In this document: one piece after another, positions 63,869 through 64,000 of the stretch
Numbering within the stretch: position 1 is the first letter of the stretch
How the letters are laid out: the number at the start of each line of letters is the position of its first letter
IMG/VR virus record: IMGVR_UViG_3300037755_000987
Span: 23,416-87,415 of that record
Source of the DNA: a virus
Lineage: Duplodnaviria; Caudoviricetes
Direction: 5' to 3' (one strand)
DNA: 64,000 bases
Notes under the pieces: model-generated
Databases searched by the model: none
The model's input: only the letters and a program-made list of their open reading frames with translations
What the model was told of the DNA's origin: nothing
Translations under genes and position numbers: made by a program

Positions 63869-64000
63869 GCGGCACGGCTCTTGACCTCCCCCGCCCGGTG
63901 CCGGCGGCGCGCTGTCCCGGCTTCGGCGAGATGGCTGGCCGCTGCGCCAGGCCCGCCGGCAGCGGCTTCGTCACCCCGAAGCTCTGCCCTCGCTGCCACG
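63865..64000 (+). CDS. Cys-containing hypothetical protein, 5' part only
   Basis: ATGA coupling; open to window end. Confidence 0.4.
   Translation, partial: MSGTALDLPRPVPAARCPGFGEMAGRCARPAGSGFVTPKLCPRCH

Noticed and set aside
1-64000. Hundreds of long overlapping or antisense ORFs in the six-frame track (e.g. 551-1600, 35703-37517, 54531-56180)
   Set aside because: Arg/Gly/Pro/Ala-rich shadow frames expected at this GC content, with no motifs. Only 27688-28863 carries a recognisable domain set.

Overview
This window is most of a very GC-rich (roughly 70% by eye) tailed dsDNA phage or prophage genome of the long non-contractile-tail (siphovirus) type. Left to right it contains: small early/middle genes with a large ParB-like protein (1-8 kb); a promoter, tRNA-Glu, an adenine-methylase fusion (frameshifted) and a ParB-like gene, then terminase and portal (8-14 kb); a ~12.5 kb accessory block (envelope proteins, an initiator-type tRNA-Met, a cysteine hydrolase next to an ART-fold gene, SNF2 helicase and nucleases); a MuF head-morphogenesis gene carrying an intein; an AT-enriched repeat-rich non-coding segment and a solo tnpB; scaffold, capsid, neck and tail genes (with a -1 frameshifted tail chaperone and a 2742-aa tape measure); a lysis cassette; a convergent leftward operon (J-domain protein, RusA-like resolvase); and a divergent promoter driving rightward early genes. 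I found no integrase, DNA polymerase, rRNA or CRISPR array, and the host cannot be named. The standout is the MuF intein. Its central ~290 codons read as nonsense in the intein frame but encode a five-zinc-finger Vsr/DUF559-type endonuclease in the +1 frame, entirely nested in the intein. A sigma70-like promoter (TTGCTT-17-TACGAT) straddles the extein/intein junction and would start a leaderless mRNA exactly at the endonuclease ATG. All product calls come from motif recognition by eye; no database search was run.
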